Positions 38,301-47,925 of a stretch of DNA of 64,000 nucleotides are shown one piece after another. Position 1 is the stretch's first letter. Each line of letters opens with the position of its first letter. The notes under the pieces were generated by a model. That model was not told where the DNA came from. It searched no databases and worked only from the letters and a program-made list of their open reading frames with translations. The position numbers and the translations under genes were made by a program. The stretch is taken from contig CAYGPU010000002.1 of assembly GCA_964352015.1 (NCBI GenBank), positions 46,419-110,418 on the forward strand, in the 5' to 3' direction. The stretch is from an uncultured Marinicella sp. (lineage in GTDB: Bacteria; Pseudomonadota; Gammaproteobacteria; Xanthomonadales; Marinicellaceae).

Positions 38301-40205
38301 ATGATAAAAAACAAAATTGTTTCGACACGATTGCTGCTGTCAATCGGCTTTATGATGTCGGTACAACTTTCTCATGCTGTGAAGTTGTCGATAGATAATT
38401 CAACTCCAATCAATTTATCTGCTGACGTTAATTATGTCATTGCAGATCAAGTCATAGAATTCAGTTCTGCTGACCCTGTCATTTGTCGAAAGCTCAATGC
38501 CACTGTTGGCGCTTTGAATGCTGAGATCATTGATCCAAATGGTGACGGTCTAGTTATGCCGTTATTACAAAACGTCAGGTACAACGTGCCTTCGCAAACA
38601 ACCAAAGCCAATATTAACAATCCCAGTGGTGTTTGTGTAACTAAAAATAACAGCACATTTAATGACATCATATTCAACAATGCTTTTGAACTCGAAGTGC
38701 CGACATTCACTTACCAGGGTTTAAGTGATTTGGTTGTCAGAGGGCAATCCTTGGACTACCAAATCAGCATTGAAAACCCCAATAACCAGGCGCTGATGTT
38801 TGATTTGGTCGAGTATGTCTCAACCAATTCAATTACAAACAGCGCTTACTTCGAAAGTCTAGATCTGTGGCAATGTCTCAGTCACAATGTGGCGGGTGTA
38901 GATTGTAACGAAGACAATGCCGATAATCGCTTGTTGAATGCTTCAATTCCGGCTGGTCAAACGGCGCTGATTGATGTGTCAAGAACGGTTGGCTCATCAT
39001 CTGTATTGGGTCAATCAATTGAAATTTTGACAGCCATGTTCATTAAAAATGGTCAGGGTGAGATTATTGGTACTGAAGTCATCAGTCATCAGCCGACTGT
39101 GGTTAACAACAATGCACCAGTTTTGGTGTGGGCTAACAGCGCTGATATTGATTTTATAGAAGATGAAAATCAGCCGCATACTTTGAGTTTTGATGTCTTA
39201 GACAGTACCGGAGTTGATGTAAGCCCTGGTTACTTAGCAACTGCCATTGGAGCAGTGAATGATAAGTTAGATATAGATGGCATCAATGTGGTTGAAAATG
39301 ACCCAGGCGAATATACGGTGTTTTTTGATGTCACGCCAAAAGCCAATCAATTCACTTCTGCAGGTAATACTGAGACAATATTCGTGCAGATTGAAGATGA
39401 ATTCAATGCGTCTTCTAATTTATTGATGCTGGCAGTGAATATAGAGCCCATCAATGATGCACCAAGTTTTACGCCCACTTGTCTTGATTTCACCATCAAC
39501 CCAACACCCGTGGGTGGTGAAACTGAAATCACTTGTAATGTCAGCAATGGTGTCAGTAGGGCCACTTGGAATTACTCAGATTTTATTGCTGAAATTTCAG
39601 CCGGTGGCCTGAATAATGACACTGAAGACAATCAAAGTGTTATTTTTGAAGTAAATCCACTTTCAGGCCTTGCTCTTCAGGGTCCCATAACTATTGGTAA
39701 TGATCCAGGTACATTTATTCAAAATGATTTGGAGTTGATACTGGCTGATGGTGCCAGTGGTTCAGGAAGTTTTGAAATCCGTGCAATAGATAATGGTACG
39801 CCTGTAGGTGAAACCGATGTGTGTCCAGCTTTGACTTTCAGTGACCATTGCAACACATCAGCATACAGCCAAGAAATTGTGTTCAATCTTTTGGCGCCAG
39901 TTTATTTTGTCAGTGGTACCATTGATGATTTACCCGATGGTGATGAGCTGGGTGTTCGTTTATTTGAAGCGGGTACCAATAACCCATTGGGTGGGAATTT
40001 GTTGGTTGCAGGTTCAGGTATAAGTGGTGGTCAGGCGATTGATTTTTCATTCCCCCAAGCACTGAGCAATGGTGTGAATTATGATGTTCAAATCACCATT
40101 TCTCCGCTCAACAGAACCTGTACAATTACCGATGGAGCAACAGGCACCATCAACGACATGAACGTCAACGATTTGGTGATTGACTGTGAGCCCAATCCCA
40201 ATTAA
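38301..40205 (+). CDS. Secreted multidomain (cadherin/Ig-like) protein with an internal DIIFNNAFE motif
   Basis: Signal peptide; NNAPV and PINDAPSF cadherin-like linkers; C-terminal Y-x-VSGT domain like that of 398-2419. Confidence 0.82.
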   Translation: MIKNKIVSTRLLLSIGFMMSVQLSHAVKLSIDNSTPINLSADVNYVIADQVIEFSSADPVICRKLNATVGALNAEIIDPNGDGLVMPLLQNVRYNVPSQTTKANINNPSGVCVTKNNSTFNDIIFNNAFELEVPTFTYQGLSDLVVRGQSLDYQISIENPNNQALMFDLVEYVSTNSITNSAYFESLDLWQCLSHNVAGVDCNEDNADNRLLNASIPAGQTALIDVSRTVGSSSVLGQSIEILTAMFIKNGQGEIIGTEVISHQPTVVNNNAPVLVWANSADIDFIEDENQPHTLSFDVLDSTGVDVSPGYLATAIGAVNDKLDIDGINVVENDPGEYTVFFDVTPKANQFTSAGNTETIFVQIEDEFNASSNLLMLAVNIEPINDAPSFTPTCLDFTINPTPVGGETEITCNVSNGVSRATWNYSDFIAEISAGGLNNDTEDNQSVIFEVNPLSGLALQGPITIGNDPGTFIQNDLELILADGASGSGSFEIRAIDNGTPVGETDVCPALTFSDHCNTSAYSQEIVFNLLAPVYFVSGTIDDLPDGDELGVRLFEAGTNNPLGGNLLVAGSGISGGQAIDFSFPQALSNGVNYDVQITISPLNRTCTITDGATGTINDMNVNDLVIDCEPNPN

Positions 40206-40223
40206 TACCCTATAGTTAAGGAT

Positions 40224-40251
40224 AAAAGCAGCTTAACGGCTGCTTTTTTTT
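40224..40251 (+). terminator. Intrinsic terminator
   Basis: aaaagcagc-ttaacg-gctgctttttttt. Confidence 0.85.
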
Positions 40252-40260
40252 ATTTTAAAA

Positions 40261-40911
40261 ATGACCCCTGAACGCTTCAAAAAATTAAACCAAGTGCTGC
40301 AAACCAGACAGGCTGATTTAACTGTGGTCATGGATTGGGTGCATAAACCGCATAATTTTAATGCCATCATCCGCTCCTGCGATGCTGTGGGTGTGTATGA
40401 GGCTCATTATATTCCGGTTAAATCTGGTTATCGGCCGTTAACAAACACCGCCAAGGGTTCACAAAAATACGTCATGGCACACAAGCATGAAAACTTTGTT
40501 TCAGTGGCCAAGGATTTGAAAGCCAAGGGATATCAATTATTGGCTGCGCACTTTACTGACCAAGCTGTTGATTACCGAGAGGTTGATTACACCCTACCAA
40601 CTGCGGTTGTAATGGGTGCTGAGTTGGAGGGTATGTCTCAAACAACTGCAGATGAAGTGGATCAACACATCATCATACCCATGCAAGGCATGGTTCAGTC
40701 TTTGAACGTTTCGGTGGCTTGTGCATTGATTTTATATGAAGCGCAACGACAACGTCAGGCTGCCGGAATGTATGACCGTCAATCTTTAGATCAAGCTGCT
40801 TATGAGCAAACCCTGTTTGAATGGTGTTGGCCCAAAATTGCAGCCTTGTGTCGCAGCCAAGGTAAACCCTACCCAGCATTAGATGAATTTGGTGAGTTCA
40901 TCAGTTTTTGA
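40261..40911 (+). CDS. trmH: tRNA (guanosine-18 2'-O)-methyltransferase
   Basis: RQADLTVVM..VHKPHNFNAIIRSCDAVG, VDYTLPTA and IPMQGMVQSLNVSVA motifs. Confidence 0.93.
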   Translation: MTPERFKKLNQVLQTRQADLTVVMDWVHKPHNFNAIIRSCDAVGVYEAHYIPVKSGYRPLTNTAKGSQKYVMAHKHENFVSVAKDLKAKGYQLLAAHFTDQAVDYREVDYTLPTAVVMGAELEGMSQTTADEVDQHIIIPMQGMVQSLNVSVACALILYEAQRQRQAAGMYDRQSLDQAAYEQTLFEWCWPKIAALCRSQGKPYPALDEFGEFISF

Positions 40912-41861
40912 AACCTGTCATTATTGCGTATTTGATCCAATGCATATGGAATGGGTTGAATGGACAGTTCTTTATCACCTGCCAAATCATACCACCTGTG
41001 TGATAAAGACTGGATATACCTTAAATGCTTGGGATTTCGCACGTACTTTTGAGCCAACAGGCTCACCCTCACAGGGCTGCTGGCACATTCATTCATCATA
41101 TTGATGCTATCAGCTGTGACGAATAAATGCTTGGCTTGCTTCAACAAGGCTTGATAAGGATTGGCTCCATCCTGTTGATTGAACCAATAAGTATCATCTG
41201 TTTTTAATAAGGTTTTGATTCTATTCAGTGCGGTTGGATTAAGTCTGGGAGAGCCACAAACCGAAATGGTTTGTGCTGGGTAAAGTTGTCGGATTTTTTC
41301 TAGTTCCATTGGCAAACCCTGGTGTAAATAGTCGTTTGCTGGGTTGCCAATAATCACAGCAATGGTCTGTTTCTGTGTTGCTGTTTTTTCGGTGGTCTCA
41401 AACCAGTGTGGACTGAAGGGGTGAATGCTGCCTGTAAATGTGATGATATTAGGACCGGTTATTTGATCATGTTCTGGAATCAGTAACATATCATATTTGT
41501 TGGCGCGGTCTTTGGGGTTAAGTATTTGAATGTGTTTAAGCTCAATGGCAGCTTTTCTGTATCTTTGGGCTATGTATTTGCCAACCGCTGCTGCTTTTCT
41601 GCCGGTACTGATGATAAGTTGAGGTGGGTGGTTAAAGTCTGGTTTCTGGCTTTGCCATTGATAACCATATTGAAAGCCGGGCATGACTCTGGGGGCCAAA
41701 GTTTCCCAAGGTTGAAGCAGGTTAAATTTAATTAGACTGGTATTGATGGCTAAACTTTGGGCTAAAGTCATGCTTTGAATTTCATGACCTTTTTGCCCCT
41801 CGGATAACACCCAGCATAGATTTACTTTATTCAAAGGCATACACAGTTTATAATACCCCAC
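40869..41861 (-). CDS. ELM1/GtrOC1-family protein (GT-B-like)
   Basis: LSEGQKGHEIQS, IISTGRK, IQILNP, PEHD, NPYQALL and VTADSINMM.E motifs. Confidence 0.82.
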   Translation of the reverse strand: MGYYKLCMPLNKVNLCWVLSEGQKGHEIQSMTLAQSLAINTSLIKFNLLQPWETLAPRVMPGFQYGYQWQSQKPDFNHPPQLIISTGRKAAAVGKYIAQRYRKAAIELKHIQILNPKDRANKYDMLLIPEHDQITGPNIITFTGSIHPFSPHWFETTEKTATQKQTIAVIIGNPANDYLHQGLPMELEKIRQLYPAQTISVCGSPRLNPTALNRIKTLLKTDDTYWFNQQDGANPYQALLKQAKHLFVTADSINMMNECASSPVRVSLLAQKYVRNPKHLRYIQSLSHRWYDLAGDKELSIQPIPYALDQIRNNDRFQKLMNSPNSSNAG

Positions 41862-42134
41862 TCATTGTATTAACCCGTTAGCATAATACAAGCCTTTCAG
41901 GGATTTTAGGCGTCCCCTGAGTGGGTCCTGACCAGGCAAGTTTGGATATTCTGTTGAAACCAGCGACAGCCGCAAAAACCTTCTGGATTTTTTATGCAGG
42001 ACAGGATTTGGTTGTTGTAAAAACTGTTCAGCAGGGTTTGTGAAGTCTAACCACCCATCGGATGATTGTTGTTGAGCGAGACAGCCAACTGACTGATGAA
42101 TTGTATTTTAGTGAATTGAATTTTAGGATTGATT

Positions 42135-42317
42135 ATGAACCAACAAGCCGCCAACACCGAAAAAGTTTATTACGTGAAATCCAGCGATTTACCCATTTCT
42201 TGTCCGGGCAAAGACATGGCTGTGTGGAATTCGCACCCCAAAGTATTTTTACCGATTGAAAAAACTGGCGAGGCTGTTTGTGAGTACTGCGGCGCAAAAT
42301 ACATTTTGAAAGATTGA
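42135..42317 (+). CDS. CHCC-type zinc-finger protein
   Basis: LPISCP...HPKVFL...CEYCG (C-H-C-C); AGGA RBS before the ATG at 42135. Confidence 0.88.
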   Translation: MNQQAANTEKVYYVKSSDLPISCPGKDMAVWNSHPKVFLPIEKTGEAVCEYCGAKYILKD

Positions 42318-42362
42318 GTCATCATTAAACCACCTACATTTTGTCTGCTATGTTGAGCATTC

Positions 42363-43505
42363 ATGCTGCCTGATTCGCCAACCAATTCAGTCACACAATT
42401 AACCATCATGCAAGTCTTGCCTGCCTTGAAAGTAGGTGGGGTCGAGCGCGGCACGGTTGAGTTTGCGATTTATTTGAAACAACAAGGTCATCGGCCCATT
42501 GTGGTCTCAAGTGGCGGTCCGCTGGTGAATGAATTGTCAGCACGTCAAATTACTCACATCACCTTAAACGTCAATAAAAAATCTCTCAGCACATTAAGCT
42601 CAGTCAAAAAACTTAACCGCTTATTAATGGATTGGCAGGTGGATGTGGTTCACGCCCGTTCGAGAATACCGGCTTGGCTCAGCTATTGGGCCATCAAGCG
42701 GATTAAATCATCTGCCAAACCAAAGTTTGTCACCACTTTGCATGGTTTACACTCAGTAAGTCGTTACTCTTCAATCATGGCGCGAGGAGACGCTGTGATT
42801 GCAGTCTCGGCCACTGCCAAAGCTTACCTTGAGCAGCATTTCAGTGAATATTTAAAATCTGAACCTAGACTTATTTTCCGTGGTATTGACCGACAGTTTG
42901 CTTATGGGCACCAAGCTGATTCAACTTGGTTGTCAGGTTTTCAGGTCAAAATCGAAGCCACAGAAAACCTCAAAACAGTGTTGATGCCGGGTCGGTTAAG
43001 CCCAATTAAAGGTGTTGAACACCTGGTTGCTTGGCTGGAATCTACGCCTCACAGCTGTAAACTTTTGTTGACAGCTGATCATGATGAGTCCAACTACAGT
43101 CTAAAAATTAAGCGGTTATTCGATCAACACGGACTGACTGATCGAGTTGTTTGGTTGGGTATTGAGCGTCACATGGCAGATTTGTATGCCAGTGTGGACG
43201 TGGTGGTTTCGGTGAATAATAAAGCGGAGAGTTTCGGCCGCACCGTTTTGGAGGCCTTATCTGTTGGAACCCCAGTGGTGGCCTTTGCCCAGGGTGGGGT
43301 TGCAGAAATCATGTCTGAACTGTTTCCTCAAGGGCAGGTGACTGTTGGAGATGATATTCAACTCGCTCATCGAATTGATGATTTTCTGACGGAAGCGCCA
43401 ACCGTTAATCCGCATCAACAATTCAGTAACCAATCGATGTTTGAAAAAACCGTCGCAGTTTACCAACAATTGATTGCCGCCAAAAATGTCAATCAGAGGG
43501 GCTGA
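42363..43505 (+). CDS. Glycosyltransferase family 4
   Basis: GGVERGT, VHARSRIPAW and ESFGRTVLEAL motifs. Confidence 0.92.
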   Translation: MLPDSPTNSVTQLTIMQVLPALKVGGVERGTVEFAIYLKQQGHRPIVVSSGGPLVNELSARQITHITLNVNKKSLSTLSSVKKLNRLLMDWQVDVVHARSRIPAWLSYWAIKRIKSSAKPKFVTTLHGLHSVSRYSSIMARGDAVIAVSATAKAYLEQHFSEYLKSEPRLIFRGIDRQFAYGHQADSTWLSGFQVKIEATENLKTVLMPGRLSPIKGVEHLVAWLESTPHSCKLLLTADHDESNYSLKIKRLFDQHGLTDRVVWLGIERHMADLYASVDVVVSVNNKAESFGRTVLEALSVGTPVVAFAQGGVAEIMSELFPQGQVTVGDDIQLAHRIDDFLTEAPTVNPHQQFSNQSMFEKTVAVYQQLIAAKNVNQRG

Positions 43506-43510
43506 ATAAG

Positions 43511-44755
43511 ATGCCTGAAACTCAAAACAAAAGCAATCATCTGAATACAACGCGTGATGATTTAAACCGCAGTCAATTCGCCGTAGTCACTTTGTTGGTG
43601 GCAGTTATTGCCTTGTTACCATTTGGGCGACTGTCCGAAATTCCCATCATTGTGTTGATGCTCTGGGGTCTGGTGTTGTTGTTCAGGTGGTTCAAAATCC
43701 TGACTGGACTTAATGGTTTTAAGCCATTAACTTGTGCTTTTTTGGCCTATTTGGCGCTGACTTCAATTTCGGCGTTTGATTCATATTGGTCTGAAAAAAG
43801 TTGGTTGATTGCGCTGGCATCACTTCGATTTTACTTAATGGGCTTGGTGGTGATTTATTATGCCAACACTGCTTTATTGCAGCAGGTACTTAAGTGGACC
43901 ACTGTTTTGATGGTTGTTTGGGCGGTTGATGCCTTGATTCAAAGCATTGTTGGACATAATTTACTCGGCCAAAGCTCATACCCAGGTAGGTTAACCGGGA
44001 TGTTTGGTCAAAATGTTAAATTAGGCCCAATGCTGGCTTTGATGTTGCCATTGGTGATGATTCAGATGTGTTGTTATCAGGCTTGGCTGCGTTGGCTGGT
44101 GGTGGCGTTGATGGTGCTGGCGATCTTACTCAGTGGCACGCGATCAGCCTGGTTGATGATGGGCTTTGGTTTGATCATGTTTTGGTGGCATCACGTCAAA
44201 GGGCGGCGTTGGTTGTTAATGTTGAAAACCGTAACATTAACCCTGCTGGCAATGGTGGTGTTGTGGTTTAGTTCGAATGATTTTCAACAACGCATGGACC
44301 GTTCCTTGGTTTTATTGCATGCCGATGCACATTCCATTGATTTTGCTTTAGCTGACCGCTTACCGATATGGAAAACCGCCATCAATATGTATGTCGATCA
44401 TCCAATCAATGGTGTAGGCGCAAGGGCTTTTCGACAGGTTTATACCCAGTATGCAGAACCTGGAGATGTTTGGGTGGCTCAAGCCGGCGGAGGCTTACAT
44501 GCCCATCATTGGGTGTTGGAGCTGTTGGCAGAAACTGGTACCATTGGATTAATCCTGATGTTGTGGTTAATGGTGGTGGTGATACGATACGTAAACACAG
44601 ATTTTCGAAGTGATGGGGTGTGGCCTTTTGCGGTGGCCTTGATGGCGGCCATGTTACCGGTAATTTCTCTGTATTCATTGTTTGCATCATTTTGGTCAAT
44701 TTGTTTGTGGTGGTTGTTAATTATGCTGATTGCTGGAGTGAAAAAAGATGTCTGA
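43511..44755 (+). CDS. O-antigen ligase (WaaL/Wzy_C) family protein
   Basis: Multiple TMs; LSGTRSAW, R..IW..A..M...HP..GVG and HAHH...ELLAETG motifs. Confidence 0.88.
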   Translation: MPETQNKSNHLNTTRDDLNRSQFAVVTLLVAVIALLPFGRLSEIPIIVLMLWGLVLLFRWFKILTGLNGFKPLTCAFLAYLALTSISAFDSYWSEKSWLIALASLRFYLMGLVVIYYANTALLQQVLKWTTVLMVVWAVDALIQSIVGHNLLGQSSYPGRLTGMFGQNVKLGPMLALMLPLVMIQMCCYQAWLRWLVVALMVLAILLSGTRSAWLMMGFGLIMFWWHHVKGRRWLLMLKTVTLTLLAMVVLWFSSNDFQQRMDRSLVLLHADAHSIDFALADRLPIWKTAINMYVDHPINGVGARAFRQVYTQYAEPGDVWVAQAGGGLHAHHWVLELLAETGTIGLILMLWLMVVVIRYVNTDFRSDGVWPFAVALMAAMLPVISLYSLFASFWSICLWWLLIMLIAGVKKDV

Positions 44756-45569
44756 GTCACCCTCCAAGTCATTAAAGAAATCCCCTGCACAGTCAGCAGT
44801 TAAGACGCCTGTGAGTGCGGTGATAACCTGTTTCAACTCTGAAAAAACCATCGCCAAGTGTTTAACCAGTCTGGCATGGGCAGATGAAATCATCGTGTTG
44901 GATTCTTTCAGTGAAGACCAAACCATTGAAATCATTCAACAACTGAGCGAAAGTTTAAATATGGAAGTGAAGTTAAAACAACAGTCTTTCAAAGGCTTTG
45001 CCCAGCAAAAGCAAGACGTGATTGATATGGCGCAATATGATTGGGTGATGCTGCTGGATGCTGATGAATGCTTAACCCCTAAAGCCATCAAAAAAATCTG
45101 TCGGTGGCAAGATAAAGTACCCCAAGCCGATGGTTATAATTTACCTCGAGTAGAATGGGTGTTTTGGCATTGGGCGCATCCATGGGTTAAGCGCAATGAA
45201 TTCATTCGCTTGTTCAATCGGCATAAGTCAGTCATGAGTCAGGACTTAGTGCATGAATCGATTCAAGTCGATGGCTTGGTTAAAAGGCTGTATGCGCCGT
45301 TCAAGCATTATGGTGAGACGTCAATCCAAGTAAAGTTGGAAAAAATCAATCGCTATTCAGCTTTGGCTGCGCAGCAAAAGTTTAATCGTGGCAAACGCTG
45401 CAGTGCGCTGCGTCTGTTTTTGTATCCGGTGTTTTATTTTTTTCGCCAATATTTCATCAAGCGGCAAATATTCAATGGTGTGGCTGGGGTCATCAATGCC
45501 ACATTGAACAGCTACTATGCTTACCTGAAATACGCTAAATTGTATGAACTACAGCAAAAGAAAGACTGA
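44748..45569 (+). CDS. Glycosyltransferase family 2 (LPS core, KdtX/WaaE-like)
   Basis: LDSFSEDQT, LDADE and VHE motifs. Confidence 0.9.
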   Translation: MSESPSKSLKKSPAQSAVKTPVSAVITCFNSEKTIAKCLTSLAWADEIIVLDSFSEDQTIEIIQQLSESLNMEVKLKQQSFKGFAQQKQDVIDMAQYDWVMLLDADECLTPKAIKKICRWQDKVPQADGYNLPRVEWVFWHWAHPWVKRNEFIRLFNRHKSVMSQDLVHESIQVDGLVKRLYAPFKHYGETSIQVKLEKINRYSALAAQQKFNRGKRCSALRLFLYPVFYFFRQYFIKRQIFNGVAGVINATLNSYYAYLKYAKLYELQQKKD

Positions 45570-46446
45570 TTTTCAAGTTGCTATCGGTCAATGGCTGGCC
45601 AGGCGTAAGCTGACCACTCAGATGCGCATCGGGCGCATGCTTGGTAGGCTGTTCTATTACCTGCCGAATAAACGAAAATCCATAGCTCGAACTAACATTG
45701 AGATTTGCTTTCCACAACATTCAAAAGCGCAAGCCAAAAAATTGTTAAAGCAAAACCTGTTATCTACTGGGCAAGGGGTGGTTGAGATGATGGCGGCTTT
45801 GTGGACTGCTGAAGAAAAAGTGCAAACCCGGTTTGATGTGATTGGTTTGGAACACTTACTTGAGGTGTTGCAATCAGGACAAGGGTGTTTGATGCTCAGT
45901 TGTCACACCACTTCTATCGAGTGGGGTATCAGAGGTTTAAACCACCAGCTTAAACAACTCAAAAGGCCAGTCGGTCATATGTTGGCTCGACAACATAACA
46001 ATAAATTGTTGGAGGCCCACCTAGAACAGGCGAGGCTGGCATTTGTTGAAAAGCTGATTGATAAAAAGAATGTCCGCAGCCTACTGGCATCGATTAAGTC
46101 AGGCCATCCAGTTTATTATGCACCCGACCAGAATTTTTCCTATCAAGTTAAGTTTACGGATTTTTTTGGTCGACCAGCTGCCACCACCACAGGTACGCAC
46201 AAATTGGCACAAAAGGGCGTTAAAATCATTCCTTGGTTTTGTTTCAGAACCGGTCCTTGTCAATGGCGGATTGACATACTGCCCGAAATGCAACAGTTGG
46301 CCAGGTTAAATGAAGCAGAGGCTTCAGCACATATCAATCAATTATTTGAACAACAAATCAAGCAACACCCAGAACAATACCTGTGGGTGCACCGCCGCTT
46401 TAAGAATCAACCTGAAGGCTTGCAAAACCCATATCTATCAAAGTAA
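45544..46446 (+). CDS. lpxL: Lipid A biosynthesis acyltransferase (LpxL/HtrB family)
   Basis: HTTSIE (HxxxxE), YAPDQ, FFG and PEQYLWVHRRFK motifs. Confidence 0.88.
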   Translation: MNYSKRKTDFQVAIGQWLARRKLTTQMRIGRMLGRLFYYLPNKRKSIARTNIEICFPQHSKAQAKKLLKQNLLSTGQGVVEMMAALWTAEEKVQTRFDVIGLEHLLEVLQSGQGCLMLSCHTTSIEWGIRGLNHQLKQLKRPVGHMLARQHNNKLLEAHLEQARLAFVEKLIDKKNVRSLLASIKSGHPVYYAPDQNFSYQVKFTDFFGRPAATTTGTHKLAQKGVKIIPWFCFRTGPCQWRIDILPEMQQLARLNEAEASAHINQLFEQQIKQHPEQYLWVHRRFKNQPEGLQNPYLSK

Positions 46447-46691
46447 TTGATTGCGAGGAAAACAAAACAATTATGTCATTTCGAGTAGTTATGTCCGTTG
46501 AAACTCACCGAACAGCGTATTCTGTGCAGTCCACAAGTAATGATGCAGCTAGGAATCAATGAATTATGATAATATTAAGCTGTGCATCATTGCGTCAATA
46601 GTGCTCACTTAATCGAAAAGTTTGGCTTGTCATATGAGGCTTGGTGAGGGTTTGAGTTGTGCGGTGTATTTTAATTTCTGGAGGTTGAACA

Positions 46692-47084
46692 ATGAGTGAC
46701 GAACAAGAGATAAGAGATTTATTTAATAATTGGATAAAAGCCACCACTGAAGGGGATTTACAATTGGCTCGTCAATGCATAGCGGATGACGCGGTTTTTT
46801 TGGTGCCTGGGGTTGGGGAGATGGACAAAGAAACATTTGCTCAAGGAGCTGCGGGAGGCTCACCCGAGGACTCTCCGATTGATTTTGACCTCGATAGCAA
46901 GATTCGTGAAGTTAAAGTGTTTGGTGACCAAGCCTATCTGTGGATTGAATCGACCCTATTATGTGCTCCTAAAAATGGCGACCCAGCCACGAAAATGGCG
47001 GGGCATTCCCTTTCTGTTCTGGCCAAGCTTGAAGGTCGCTGGCAGATATTTCGAGATGCCAATACCATGACAGTGGTTGAATGA
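46692..47084 (+). CDS. NTF2/SnoaL-like (DUF4440/YybH) protein
   Basis: IRDL...W..A...GD.......DDAVFLVPG...GRWQI.RD pattern. Confidence 0.8.
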   Translation: MSDEQEIRDLFNNWIKATTEGDLQLARQCIADDAVFLVPGVGEMDKETFAQGAAGGSPEDSPIDFDLDSKIREVKVFGDQAYLWIESTLLCAPKNGDPATKMAGHSLSVLAKLEGRWQIFRDANTMTVVE

Positions 47085-47232
47085 GTGAACATAAAAGAAT
47101 GTTCAAGTACGTTCTGCTTGCAAGCTGTCCCCGCCGAATCAATCTCTGCATAACTCAAAAATAATCTGCACAGTGATATTAATACTTGAGCTTGATACAA
47201 CAAGCAATGACAAGCTGAGAAATTGTTAAACC

Positions 47233-47892
47233 ATGAATAATGATAAATTTCGACAGCTGATTGAAGCAGCTGACCTAACAGCGCTGAAGGCTGAACTGGC
47301 CTCCAAGCCTGAATGGGCCAATCAGAGCATCTCCTGGTACCTCAATCAGTCCAATCAATCGGATCCGCTGCATTATGTTTGTGCCTGTGTGTTCAATGAC
47401 TGGCTGGTAGAAGCCCAAGCAACTGAAGTGGCGAATCTGCTGATTCAGCATGGGGCGTTGATTGACGGGACACCAGGCAGAGAAAGCCCGTTGATTGGAG
47501 CCACTTCGCTGGGTGTTGAGACGGTGGCCAAGTTACTGATTGATGCCGGAGCCAAGTTGGAATCAACTTCGGTTTTTGGGGCAAGAGCTTTGCATTGGGC
47601 AGCTTCAGTGGGCCTGCCATCGACAGTTGAATTGCTTATTCAACAAGGTGCTGAGATTGAGGCAAAATGTACAGAGTTTGCCTCAACACCTTTGTTTTGG
47701 GCGGTATTTGGATTTGGCCCCAATGGCCCGAATAAAAAAAGGGATCCACTTGGTGCAGCGCACATGTTGCTTGAGGCTGGGGCCGAGGTTCATACCACCA
47801 ACAAAGAGGGTGTTTCTGCGCTAGAATGTGCACAAATGGCAGCTTCTAATGAAATGTATGAGCTGTTGTTGCGATATACCAATCATTTATAA
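47233..47892 (+). CDS. Ankyrin-repeat protein
   Basis: Repeats PLHYV, SPLIGA, ALHWAA, TPLFWA, with LL..GA. Confidence 0.88.
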   Translation: MNNDKFRQLIEAADLTALKAELASKPEWANQSISWYLNQSNQSDPLHYVCACVFNDWLVEAQATEVANLLIQHGALIDGTPGRESPLIGATSLGVETVAKLLIDAGAKLESTSVFGARALHWAASVGLPSTVELLIQQGAEIEAKCTEFASTPLFWAVFGFGPNGPNKKRDPLGAAHMLLEAGAEVHTTNKEGVSALECAQMAASNEMYELLLRYTNHL

Positions 47893-47925
47893 AGGCACTG
47901 ACGGCTTGAGTTTGGTTGAAACAGC

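Noticed and set aside
41880-42060. 6S RNA, SRP RNA or TPP riboswitch
   Set aside because: Only short coincidental matches (gtcccctgag, ggtcagg); diagnostic cores and usual gene context are missing.
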